DNA of 64,000 nucleotides, taken from assembly GCA_964583645.1 (NCBI GenBank), contig CAZOWR010000001.1, positions 34 through 64,033 of the forward strand, written 5' to 3'. The notes under the pieces are model-generated. The model was not told the origin of the DNA. It did no database searches and saw only the letters and a list, made by a program, of their open reading frames with translations. Of the stretch, positions 26,743 through 34,975 are shown in pieces. The DNA comes from an uncultured Enterobacteriaceae bacterium (GTDB taxonomy: Bacteria; Pseudomonadota; Gammaproteobacteria; Burkholderiales; SG8-39). Positions within the stretch are counted from its first letter, which is position 1. Each line of letters starts with the position of its first letter. The translations under genes were made by a program, and so were the position numbers.

Positions 26743-27954
26743 GTGCAGAGGATCGACGCCGGGCGGCTGCTCTCCGACCTGCGCGCGCTGCGCGGCATCG
26801 GCGCGCAGGGGCGCGGCGTGGTGCGGCCCGCCTTCAGTGCCGCCGACATGCAGGCGCGGCGCTGGCTGAAGACGCGCTTCGAGGAGGCGGGGCTGGAGGC
26901 GACGATCGACGGCGCCGGCAACGTCTTCGGCCGCTCGCGCAACCCGGGCCGCGCGCTGCTCCTCGGCTCGCACTCCGACACCCAGCCCACCGGCGGCTGG
27001 CTGGACGGCGCGCTGGGCGTGATCTACGCGCTCGAAGTCGTGCGCGCTCTGGAGGGGCTCGCCGTGGATGCGGTATCGTTCCAGGACGAGGAGTCGCGTT
27101 TCCTGGGCTGCCTCGGCAGCCGCTCGCTGATCGGCGCGCTCAGCCCGGAAATGGAGCAGGGCGCGAAGGATTCCGATGGCGTGGCGCTTGCGGATGCCCT
27201 GCGCGGGGCCGGCCTCGCGGATGCGCCGCGCCTGCGCCTGGACCCCGGGCGCTACGCCGGCTTCGTGGAGGCGCACATCGAGCAGGGCCCGCACCTCGAG
27301 CAGGCGGGCCGCAGGATCGGCGTGGTCACCGACATCGTGGGCCTGCGCGGCTTCCGCTTCGTCTTCCGGGGACAGCAGAACCACGCCGGCACCACCATGA
27401 TGGCGAGCCGGCGCGACGCCTCGGCCGCGCTCTACGAGCTGGCGTACCGCATCAACCGGGAGTTCCCCGCGGCGGCGGCCGAGCGCAGCGTCTGGACCAT
27501 GGGGCGGGTGCGCATCGAGCCCAACGCCACCTCGATCGTGCCCGGGTACGCCGAGCTCGACCTGCAGTTCCGCGACGCTTCGCAAGCGCCGCTCGATGGC
27601 TTCGAGGCGATCGTGGCGCGTCTGGTCGCCGAGGTCAACGCCCGCGGCGGCGTCCGCATCGAGGCGGTGCGCGCGCGTGCGCCGATCGCGCCTACGCGCA
27701 TGGATGCAGGGCTGCGGGTGCACCTCGAAGCGGCGGCCGAGCGGCACGCGCCGGGGAGTTGGCAGCGCATGCCGAGCGGGGCGTTCCACGACGCGGGCAT
27801 CCTGTCGGCGCGGCTGCCTTGCGCGATGCTCTTCATCCCCTCGATCGGCGGCGTCAGCCACGACTTCGCCGAGGACAGCCGGGACGAGGACATCGTGCTC
27901 GGCTGCGAGGTGCTGGCGGACGCCGCCGCCGCGATCCTCGCCACGGCTCAGTAG
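26743..27954 (+). CDS. M20-family amidohydrolase (allantoate amidohydrolase / N-carbamoyl-L-amino-acid hydrolase type)
   Basis: 403 aa. GSHSDTQPTGGWLDG, GQQNHAGTT, and a pattern typical of the hydantoinase/carbamoylase-family amidases. Confidence 0.75.
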   Translation: MQRIDAGRLLSDLRALRGIGAQGRGVVRPAFSAADMQARRWLKTRFEEAGLEATIDGAGNVFGRSRNPGRALLLGSHSDTQPTGGWLDGALGVIYALEVVRALEGLAVDAVSFQDEESRFLGCLGSRSLIGALSPEMEQGAKDSDGVALADALRGAGLADAPRLRLDPGRYAGFVEAHIEQGPHLEQAGRRIGVVTDIVGLRGFRFVFRGQQNHAGTTMMASRRDASAALYELAYRINREFPAAAAERSVWTMGRVRIEPNATSIVPGYAELDLQFRDASQAPLDGFEAIVARLVAEVNARGGVRIEAVRARAPIAPTRMDAGLRVHLEAAAERHAPGSWQRMPSGAFHDAGILSARLPCAMLFIPSIGGVSHDFAEDSRDEDIVLGCEVLADAAAAILATAQ

Positions 27955-28865
27955 CCGGCGGCGAAATCCACCAGGTTGCCCGGCCGCTCGCCGCGGCGCA
28001 GCCGCTCGAGGTTCTGCGCGATCTTGGCGACGGAAGTCCGCGGCTCGGTGAGCGCGGCAATGTGGGGCGTGACGCTGATCCCGGGATGGGTCCAGAGCGG
28101 GCTCTCGGGCGGCAGCGGCTCGACCTCGAACACGTCGAGGTAGGCGTGCGCCAGATGCCCCGCGTCGAGCAGCGCGAGGAGGTCCGGCGCCACGAGGTGC
28201 CCGCCGCGCGCGACGTTGATGACGCAACCCTCCTTGCGGATCTTCTGCATCCGCTCGCGGTTCAGGATCCCGCGCGTCTGCGCGGTGAGGGGCAGCAGGC
28301 ATACCACCGCGTCGCTCGCGCAGAGCACCTCATCGAGGTCGGTAGAGCAGCGTACGCCGTCGAGGCCCCTGGGCCTGCGGCTCCAGCCCGCGACGTTGAA
28401 GCCCATGCCGCGAAGGCGCGCCGCCACGGTGCCGCCGAGCTCGCCCAGCCCGAGGATCCCCACGGTCCGGTCGGAGGGCAGGTACTGGCGGCGCATCTTC
28501 CAGGTCTTCGTGCGCTGAAACTCGCGGTAGCAATAGAGGTGGCGGTGCCAGTCGAGCACCTGCGCGGCCACCATCTCGCCCATCGCGTTCACCATGCCGG
28601 GATCGATGAGGCGGGCGAGCGGTACGTGGCGCGGATAGGACGGATCGGCGATGATGTTGTCCACGCCCATCCACATCGACTGTACGAAGCTCAGCCGCGG
28701 CAGCTTCTCGAACGTGCCTTCGGGGTGCGTCGCAATCAGGGCGACGTCGATGTCGCCACCGTTGACGTCGGGCCAGGCGAAGAAGCGGTCGCGGGGGAGC
28801 GCCTTCTCGAGCAGGGGAAGCCAGAACTCGGGCTGTTCCTTCTTCGAAGCGAAAAGGACGTTCAC
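27948..28865 (-). CDS. D-isomer-specific 2-hydroxyacid dehydrogenase (glyoxylate/hydroxypyruvate reductase A-like)
   Basis: Track ORF 27948..28907. GTG 28865 overlaps the upstream stop (GTGA). GILGLGELGGTVA NAD-binding fold, NVARGGHL, TPHIAA. The 3' end overlaps the convergent M20 gene by 7 nt. Confidence 0.75.
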   Translation of the reverse strand: MNVLFASKKEQPEFWLPLLEKALPRDRFFAWPDVNGGDIDVALIATHPEGTFEKLPRLSFVQSMWMGVDNIIADPSYPRHVPLARLIDPGMVNAMGEMVAAQVLDWHRHLYCYREFQRTKTWKMRRQYLPSDRTVGILGLGELGGTVAARLRGMGFNVAGWSRRPRGLDGVRCSTDLDEVLCASDAVVCLLPLTAQTRGILNRERMQKIRKEGCVINVARGGHLVAPDLLALLDAGHLAHAYLDVFEVEPLPPESPLWTHPGISVTPHIAALTEPRTSVAKIAQNLERLRRGERPGNLVDFAAGY

Positions 28866-29812
28866 TGCCCCGGCTTGAATCCCGAGGCCCTGATCACCGG
28901 TCCCCATTTGTCGTGGTCGGCCTTCATGATGCGCGCGAGCTCCGCCGGACCGTGGCCGGTCGGCTGCAGGCCGATATCGATCATGCGCTTGCCCACGGCC
29001 GGGTCCTTGATCGCCGCGATCGCGGCCGAGGACAGCCGGTCGATCTCCGCTTTCGGCGTACCGGCAGGCGCAAACAGGCCGTACCAGCCGGTGCCTTCCA
29101 TGTCGTAGCCCTGCTCCCTGAAGGTGGGCACGTCGGGGAACGCCGGGTCGCGAGCCGCACCCGAAACCGCGAGCAGCCGCGCGCGGCCGCCGCGCACCAG
29201 CGTGCCGATGTCGGCGGCGAGCGTGGTCGCGGCGGCGATCTCGCCCGCGGCGAGCGCCTGCAGCACGTTGGCGGTGCCCCTGTAGGGCACGTGCGTGAGC
29301 TCGATGCCGGCGGTGCGCGCGAACATGACACCGAGGAAGTGCGGGATGCTGCCCGCGGCCGCCGAGGCGTAGAAGCCGTTCTTCGCGTCCTGCTTCACGA
29401 GCGCGACGTACTCGGCGAGCGTCTTCGCCGGGATCTTGGTAGAGACGCCGAGCGAGAGCTGGAAGTCCGAGAGGTGGGTGAGCGGCGCGAAGTCCCTGAA
29501 CGGGTCGTAGCGCAGGTTGCCGAAGGAGTGCGGGAAGATCGACATCGTCGCGACCGGCGTCATGAGGAGCGTCGCGCCGTCGGGCGCCGCCGCCTTCACG
29601 GTCTCGTTGGCGATGCGCCCGCCGGCGCCGGCCTTGTTCTCCACGATCACCGCGTGGCCCAGCGTTCCGCGCATGTGATCCGCGACCAGGCGCGTCAGGA
29701 TGTCGCTGGTGGCACCCGCCGGGAAGCCGAGGATGATCTTGACGGTGCGCTCCTGCGCGGCGGCAGCGCCGGAAAGGGCGAGCAGGACAGCGAGCAGTGC
29801 GGTGCGAAGCAT
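28862..29812 (-). CDS. Bug-family (TctC-like) tripartite tricarboxylate transporter substrate-binding protein
   Basis: 316 aa. Signal peptide, ENKAGAGG, VPYRG, and a length typical of the Bug family. SD GGAGG lies upstream. Confidence 0.85.
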   Translation of the reverse strand: MLRTALLAVLLALSGAAAAQERTVKIILGFPAGATSDILTRLVADHMRGTLGHAVIVENKAGAGGRIANETVKAAAPDGATLLMTPVATMSIFPHSFGNLRYDPFRDFAPLTHLSDFQLSLGVSTKIPAKTLAEYVALVKQDAKNGFYASAAAGSIPHFLGVMFARTAGIELTHVPYRGTANVLQALAAGEIAAATTLAADIGTLVRGGRARLLAVSGAARDPAFPDVPTFREQGYDMEGTGWYGLFAPAGTPKAEIDRLSSAAIAAIKDPAVGKRMIDIGLQPTGHGPAELARIMKADHDKWGPVIRASGFKPGQ

Positions 29813-29868
29813 GGCGTTTCCTCCCCGGGTGGCGATGTTAGCATTGCCTCGCCGCGAGAGGAGGAGCC

Positions 29869-30732
29869 ATGCCGATCCGCAAGTTCAGCGAGAAGAACCT
29901 GACCGCAGAGGTGCTGCAGCGCATCCGCAAGACGCCCGATCCGCGCCTCAAGCAGGTGATGACGGCCTTCATCCGGCACGCGCATGCCTTCGTGCGCGAG
30001 GTGAAGCCCACGCAGGAGGAATGGTTCCGGGCGATCCAGTTCCTCACCGAGACCGGGCAGTGGTGCGACGACAAGCGCCAGGAGTGGATCCTGATGTCGG
30101 ACACGCTCGGCGTCTCGATGCTGGTCGATGCGATCAACTACAGGGCCGCGGGCGGCGCCACGCAGTCCACCGTGCTCGGCCCTTTCCACCGCGAGCGCGC
30201 GCCCGAGTACCCGCTCGGGTCCAACATCGCGAAGAGCCCGGCCGACGGGCAGCCCTGCGAGGTGAGCGGCACCGTGCGCGACACCGCGGGGAAGCCCGTC
30301 GCGGCGGCGAAGCTCGACGTCTGGGAGGCGGGCGCGGACGGCTTCTACGATTCGCAGAAGGGCGAGGCGATGAACCTGCGCGGCATCTTCCGCGCCGATG
30401 CGCAGGGGCGCTTCCGCTTCCGCTGCGTGCGGCCGGAGTTCTACCCGGTGCCGCACGACGGCCCGGTGGGGCGGATGCTCACGGCGACCGGCCGCCACCC
30501 GATGCGCCCGCCGCACCTGCACTTCTGGATCACCGCGCCCGGCTGCAAGCCGCTCGTCACGCACCTGTTCGTGAAAGGCGGCAGGTACCTCGACTCGGAC
30601 GCCGTGTTCGGTGTCAAGCCCGAGCTGGTCGTCGACTTCAGCAAAGGCGCGGACGGCGTCTCGCGCGTGCGCTACGACTTCGTGCTCATGCCGGAGAAGC
30701 CCAGCGCAGCGAAGCGAAGGCCGGCTCGCTAG
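29869..30732 (+). CDS. intradiol ring-cleavage dioxygenase (hydroxyquinol/catechol 1,2-dioxygenase type)
   Basis: 287 aa. N-terminal helical dimerisation region, GPFH, VWEAGADGFYD, RPPHLHFWI. Confidence 0.8.
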   Translation: MPIRKFSEKNLTAEVLQRIRKTPDPRLKQVMTAFIRHAHAFVREVKPTQEEWFRAIQFLTETGQWCDDKRQEWILMSDTLGVSMLVDAINYRAAGGATQSTVLGPFHRERAPEYPLGSNIAKSPADGQPCEVSGTVRDTAGKPVAAAKLDVWEAGADGFYDSQKGEAMNLRGIFRADAQGRFRFRCVRPEFYPVPHDGPVGRMLTATGRHPMRPPHLHFWITAPGCKPLVTHLFVKGGRYLDSDAVFGVKPELVVDFSKGADGVSRVRYDFVLMPEKPSAAKRRPAR

Positions 30733-31201
30733 ACCAGTCGATTCCGGTTCCGCCCCCCGCAGCGCGCGGGGCCGAAGCCGCGGGCGGGTCGTTGCGCAGG
30801 ATGATCGTCGAGCCGGCGCCCGCGAGGACCGCGCACCACGCGATCTCCCAGGGATGGCCGTGAGGCGCGAGCAGGGCGAGCGGCGTTCCGAGGTGTGCCG
30901 CCGCGGCGCGGATCGACAGCACCCGCTCGAGCGATTCCCAGGCGAAGGGGTCGATGCGCAGCAGCGGGTGCTTCTCCTCGAGTAGCGCGCGGCGCAGCGA
31001 CTCCCAGTCGGGCTGGAGCGCGGGCAGTTCGTCGCGCACGAGCGGCACGGCCTCGCCGTTGCTTCCCAGGAGGGCGTGAAGCGGCGCACGCCGTACGCGC
31101 GCATGCAGGTCCCACGCGGCCATCTCGCGGGCTGCCGCCGGCTGCATGCCGAGACTGAACCCGTACCCCGCGGTCCCCGCGGCATCGAGCACGCGCGCCA
31201 C
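30686..31201 (-). pseudogene. possible truncated enolase-superfamily (muconate cycloisomerase/mandelate racemase-like) remnant
   Basis: 171-aa ORF with normal composition. AAREMAAWDLHARVRRAPLHALLG resembles the capping-domain A.WDL..K..G.PLY.LLG motif, but it occurs at residue ~25 instead of ~100 and the barrel part is far too short. Overlaps the dioxygenase 3' end by 47 nt. Confidence 0.3.
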
Positions 31202-31274
31202 CAGCGCCTCCGCCCCCGAGGCGAGGCGGATCGAGTGTACGTGCGCGTGCGCTACGCAAACGGGCGCGGCCAGA

Positions 31275-32345
31275 TCAGCCCCAGACTTCGCGCGCCACTT
31301 CCACGATGCGCTCGAGCTTGCGCCACTGCTCCCCGATCGAGAGCGCGTTGCCGTGGTGCGTGCTGGAGAAGCCGCACTGCGGCGAAAGGCACAGGTCCTC
31401 GAGCGGCACGAACTTCGCCGCCGCCTCGATGCGGCGCTTGAGCGTGTCCTTGTCTTCCAGCTCCCCCACTTTGGTGGTGACGAGTCCCAGCACCACCTTC
31501 TTCCCCTTCGGCAGGTAGCGCAGCGGCTCGAAGGTGCCGGCGCGCTCGGAGTCGAACTCCATGAAGAAGCCGTCCACCGCCGCGGAGAACATCGCCTCCG
31601 CGACCGGCTCGTAGCCGCCCGAGGCGACCCAGGCGCTCTTGAAGTTGCCGCGGCAGGTGTGCATGGTCACCGTCATGCCCGCCGGGCGACCCTTCAGCGA
31701 AGCGCTGATCGTGTCCGCGTAGCGGCGCGGGAGCCGCCCGGGGTCGTCGCCGTTGCGGCGGCAGTTCTCCTGGATCTTCGGATCGCACAGGTAGGCGAAG
31801 CTCACGTCGTCGAGCTGCAGGTAGGTGCAGCCCGCTCGGGCGAGGTGGCCGATCGCACTGCGGTAGGCGGCGGCGACATCGGCCCAGAACTCGGCGATAT
31901 CGGGATAGACCTGCTTCGAGACCGAGGCGCGGCCGCCGCGCAGGTGCAGCATCGAGGGCGAGGGGATGGTGAACTTGGCGGTGCGCGCGGTCACCGACTT
32001 CAGGAATGCGAAATGGTCCGCCATGATGGGCCGCGTGCAGCCGATCCTGCCGGTGACCGAGGGGATCGGCGGCTGCTCCTCGGTGCCGCCGAACTTCGGC
32101 CCCGGGTTGGCGGTGAGGGTGACGCCCTCGAGCTGTGCGAGGAAGTCGAGGTGCCACCAGTCGCGGCGCATCTCGCCGTCGGTGACGGATTGCAGGCCGA
32201 TGGCCTCCTGCCTGCGCACCGCTTCCCGGATGCAGCGGTCTTCGATCTCTCTCAGGGCAGGGCCTTTGAGCGTCCTGCGGGCTTCGGCGAGCTCCGCAGG
32301 CCGCAGCAGGCTGCCGACCTGGTCGGCTCTGAAGGGAGGCTTCAT
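31275..32345 (-). CDS. MetE-like (cobalamin-independent methionine synthase family) protein
   Basis: C-terminal 356 aa of track ORF 31275..33230. Starts MKPPFRADQVGSLLRP. VTDGEMRR, YLQLDD, SPQCGF. ATG 32345 overlaps the upstream stop (ATGA). Confidence 0.75.
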   Translation of the reverse strand: MKPPFRADQVGSLLRPAELAEARRTLKGPALREIEDRCIREAVRRQEAIGLQSVTDGEMRRDWWHLDFLAQLEGVTLTANPGPKFGGTEEQPPIPSVTGRIGCTRPIMADHFAFLKSVTARTAKFTIPSPSMLHLRGGRASVSKQVYPDIAEFWADVAAAYRSAIGHLARAGCTYLQLDDVSFAYLCDPKIQENCRRNGDDPGRLPRRYADTISASLKGRPAGMTVTMHTCRGNFKSAWVASGGYEPVAEAMFSAAVDGFFMEFDSERAGTFEPLRYLPKGKKVVLGLVTTKVGELEDKDTLKRRIEAAAKFVPLEDLCLSPQCGFSSTHHGNALSIGEQWRKLERIVEVAREVWG

Positions 32346-33262
32346 CGCAGTGGGTTGAGTCCGCTCCGTGTCACGCGGCCGTGCAGCTCGCGGCCGAGCA
32401 CCTGCTCGCAGTATGCGGCGGTCCCGAGCAGCCCGTCCAGATCGATGCCGGTCGTCACGCCCATGGACTCGAAGAGGTTCACCAGGTCCTCGGTGCAGAC
32501 GTTGCCGGTGTGGCCGCCCCCGTACTTCAGCTTCGCGGGATGCCCGCCCACGCCGCCGAACGAGGAGTCGAAATGCCGCACGCCCGCCTCCAGCGCCGCG
32601 ACGCAGTTCACCAGCCCCGTGCCGCGCGAGTCGTGGAAGTGGGCGATGGGAACCGCTTTCGCGGGGAGCCTCGCGACGAGCGCCTTCACGGCGCCCGGGG
32701 TCGCCATGCCGGTGGTGTCGCCGAGCGCCACGTGCTCCACGCCGAGGCCCACGAACCGCGCCACGTCCTCGATCACCGCGCCCGGGTCCACGCGCCCCTC
32801 GAACGGGCAGCCCAAGGCGACCGAGACGACGCCGACGAGGCGGAAGCGCCCGCCGGCGAGCCGCACCATCTGCTCCACGTTCGCCCATTGCTCCGCGCGC
32901 GTGCGCTTGAGATTTTTCTGCGTGTGCGACTCGGTGGCCGAGACGAGCAGGCTCACCTCGTCCACCCCGAAGCCGGCCTCGGCGTCGGCGAGCGCACGGC
33001 TCACCGCCTTCGGGTTGGCGCAGGTCGCCTTGTAGCGCGTGCCCTGCCGGCGCGGCAGCGACCTGAGGAGCTCGGTGGCGTCCGCGAACTGCGGCACCAC
33101 GGCCGGGTTGGAGTAGGAGGTGGTCTCGACGCGCGCGAAGCCGAGCGCGGCGAAGCGCTCGACCAGCGCGCGCTTGGTCGCCGTCGGCACGAACCCCGGC
33201 TCGTGCTGCAGGCCGTCGCGTGCGAAGCACTCGCAGAGGACGACGCCGGCCGGGTCCGCCAT
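32342..33262 (-). CDS. HMG-CoA lyase-like (HMGL/DRE-TIM) family lyase
   Basis: Track ORF 32342..33280. CECFARDGLQHE, GDTTGMATP, HFHDSRGTG. ATG 33262 (MADPAG) is preferred because the TTG at 33280 lies inside the promoter/operator palindromes. Confidence 0.8.
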   Translation of the reverse strand: MADPAGVVLCECFARDGLQHEPGFVPTATKRALVERFAALGFARVETTSYSNPAVVPQFADATELLRSLPRRQGTRYKATCANPKAVSRALADAEAGFGVDEVSLLVSATESHTQKNLKRTRAEQWANVEQMVRLAGGRFRLVGVVSVALGCPFEGRVDPGAVIEDVARFVGLGVEHVALGDTTGMATPGAVKALVARLPAKAVPIAHFHDSRGTGLVNCVAALEAGVRHFDSSFGGVGGHPAKLKYGGGHTGNVCTEDLVNLFESMGVTTGIDLDGLLGTAAYCEQVLGRELHGRVTRSGLNPLR

Positions 33263-33266
33263 ATTC

Positions 33267-33302
33267 GTTGACATTGTCAACTAGCGCCGCTAGGCTGTCA
33301 AC
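33267..33302. promoter_or_regulatory. divergent promoter/operator region: GTTGACA-T-TGTCAAC, CTAGCG-C-CGCTAG and a third TGTCAAC
   Basis: Plus strand reads TTGACA(33268-33273)-N17-TAGGCT(33291-33296)-N7-ATG 33304. Minus strand reads TTGACA(33301-33296)-N17-GACAAT(33278-33273)-N10-ATG 33262. There is no SD on either side. Confidence 0.45.
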
Positions 33303-33303
33303 G

Positions 33304-33978
33304 ATGGATCCGAGCCAGCCGGCGCGGCTCGTCGCGGGCTACCCGCAGACCCGGCAGCGCACGCCCGCGCAGCCGCTGGTGAGGCGCGCGCCGACGCTCT
33401 CGGAGCGCACCGGGCCGCTCGATCTCGCGCGGCGGCTCGCGCTGCACGGCGGCGAGCTCGCCGGAAGCGGGGAGCGGCGCGCGATCGGGCAGCGGATCCA
33501 CCTGCGGGTGCGCGTCCTGGACGAGGACGGTGCGCCGGTCGGGGGTGCGATGTTCGAGGTCTGGCACGCCAACGCCGCGGGCCGCTATGCGCATCCGGAG
33601 GACGACGAGCACGCGCCGCTCGATGCGAACTTCCGCGGCGACGCGCGCCTGACCACGGACGCGTCGGGGGCGATCGAGCTGCACACCGTGAAGCCGGGCG
33701 CGTACCCGGTGCCGACGCGCGACGGCTGGTGGCGGCCGCCGCACGTGCACTTCTCGGTGTTCGGCAGGATCTGGCTTTCGCGCCTCGTCACGCAGATGTA
33801 CTTCCCGGGCGAGCCGCTCAACGCGCAGGACCGCATCCTGAACGCCATTCCGGACGCGGCGGCGCGCGAGCGCTGCGTCGCGCGCTTCGTGCCGCCCGCG
33901 GCGGAGCCCTACGATGCCCTCGTCTACGAGCACGCGATCGTCCTGCGCGGTTGCCGCGCGACGCCTGCGCAGCCATGA
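33304..33978 (+). CDS. pcaH: protocatechuate 3,4-dioxygenase beta-subunit-like intradiol dioxygenase
   Basis: Inside track ORF 33220..33978 from ATG 33304. FEVWHANAAGRY, RPPHVHFSVF, MYFPGEP. Confidence 0.7.
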   Translation: MDPSQPARLVAGYPQTRQRTPAQPLVRRAPTLSERTGPLDLARRLALHGGELAGSGERRAIGQRIHLRVRVLDEDGAPVGGAMFEVWHANAAGRYAHPEDDEHAPLDANFRGDARLTTDASGAIELHTVKPGAYPVPTRDGWWRPPHVHFSVFGRIWLSRLVTQMYFPGEPLNAQDRILNAIPDAAARERCVARFVPPAAEPYDALVYEHAIVLRGCRATPAQP

Positions 33979-34502
33979 TTCGCACCCCCGAAGCGACGCT
34001 CGGGCCGTTCTTCCCGCCGCATTACGCCGACGCGGGCGCGAGCGACCTTGCGACGGGCGCGCGCGGCGAGCCGATCGAGATCCACGGCCGCGTGACGCAG
34101 GAGGACGGCGCGCCGGTGCACAACCTCGTGCTCGAGATCTGGCAGGCGGATGCGGCGGGCATCTATCGTCATCCCGCCGATCGCCGGCACCGCGAAGCCG
34201 ACCCCGGCTTTCTCGGCTGGGGCCGCGCGGCGACGGGGACCGACGGCCGCTATGCGTTCCGCACCCTTCGGCCGGGCGCGCCGCGGGGCCGCGCCCCGCA
34301 CGTCAATTTCATGCTGATGTACTCCGGCCTGATGCGCATCCTCTCCACCACGATGTTCTTCAGCGACGCCGCCGACCCGGTGCTCGCGGCGGTGCCGGAA
34401 GCGAGGCGTGCGCTGCTCTTGGCGCAGCCCGACGGCCCCGGCCGCTACCGCTTCGATATCCGCCTCAGGGGAGAGAACGAAACTCCGTTCCTCGAGGACT
34501 GA
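33975..34502 (+). CDS. pcaG: protocatechuate 3,4-dioxygenase alpha-subunit-like protein
   Basis: Tail of track ORF 33729..34502. ATG 33975 overlaps the pcaH stop (ATGA). TLGPFFP, LEIWQADAAGIY, APHVNFML. Confidence 0.65.
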   Translation: MIRTPEATLGPFFPPHYADAGASDLATGARGEPIEIHGRVTQEDGAPVHNLVLEIWQADAAGIYRHPADRRHREADPGFLGWGRAATGTDGRYAFRTLRPGAPRGRAPHVNFMLMYSGLMRILSTTMFFSDAADPVLAAVPEARRALLLAQPDGPGRYRFDIRLRGENETPFLED

Positions 34503-34975
34503 TGCTGCAGCGCACGACGCCCACGATTCGCGAGCTGCTCTCCTACCGCCTGCACGTGGTGGCGAACCTGCTCTCGCGCGGCGCCGAGCTGCGCTACCGG
34601 CGCGAGTTCGGCGTCAGCCTCTGGGAGTGGCGCACGGTGGCGCTGCTCGGGGGATCGCGCGAGGCGCTGTCGCTGAACGAGCTTTCCCGCGCGGCCGGCA
34701 TCGACAAGAGCCAGATGAGCCGCGTGGTCTCCGGCCTCGTCGCGCGGCGCCTCGTGTCGCGCGCGATCGACGGGGCGGACGCGCGCGGCGTGCGCCTCGC
34801 GCTCACGCGTACGGGCGAGCGGCTCTACGCAGGGCTGATCCGCGCCGCGGCCGAGCGCAACGACGCCTTCCTCGGCGCCTTGAGCGCGCGCGAGCGCGCC
34901 TGCGTCGAGCGCGCGCTCGCCAAGCTCGCCGAGGAGGCGCGGCGCTTCATCCGGGAGGAGGGCAGGCGGGCGTGA
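34502..34975 (+). CDS. MarR-family transcriptional regulator
   Basis: Tail of track ORF 33914..34975. Winged-helix block LSLNELSRAAGIDKSQMSRVVSGLVARRLV. The start overlaps the pcaG stop by 1 nt. Confidence 0.8.
   Translation: MLQRTTPTIRELLSYRLHVVANLLSRGAELRYRREFGVSLWEWRTVALLGGSREALSLNELSRAAGIDKSQMSRVVSGLVARRLVSRAIDGADARGVRLALTRTGERLYAGLIRAAAERNDAFLGALSARERACVERALAKLAEEARRFIREEGRRA

Noticed and set aside
29831-29848. Imperfect palindrome GGCGATGTTAGCATTGCC between the Bug receptor and dioxygenase genes
   Set aside because: Four mismatches in 18 bp and no regulator gene adjacent. The evidence is too weak to call an operator.
33263-33280. TTG start at 33280 for the HMGL-like gene
   Set aside because: It would place the start codon inside the operator palindrome and upstream of the best -10 candidate. 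ATG 33262 (MADPAG) fits the promoter geometry.
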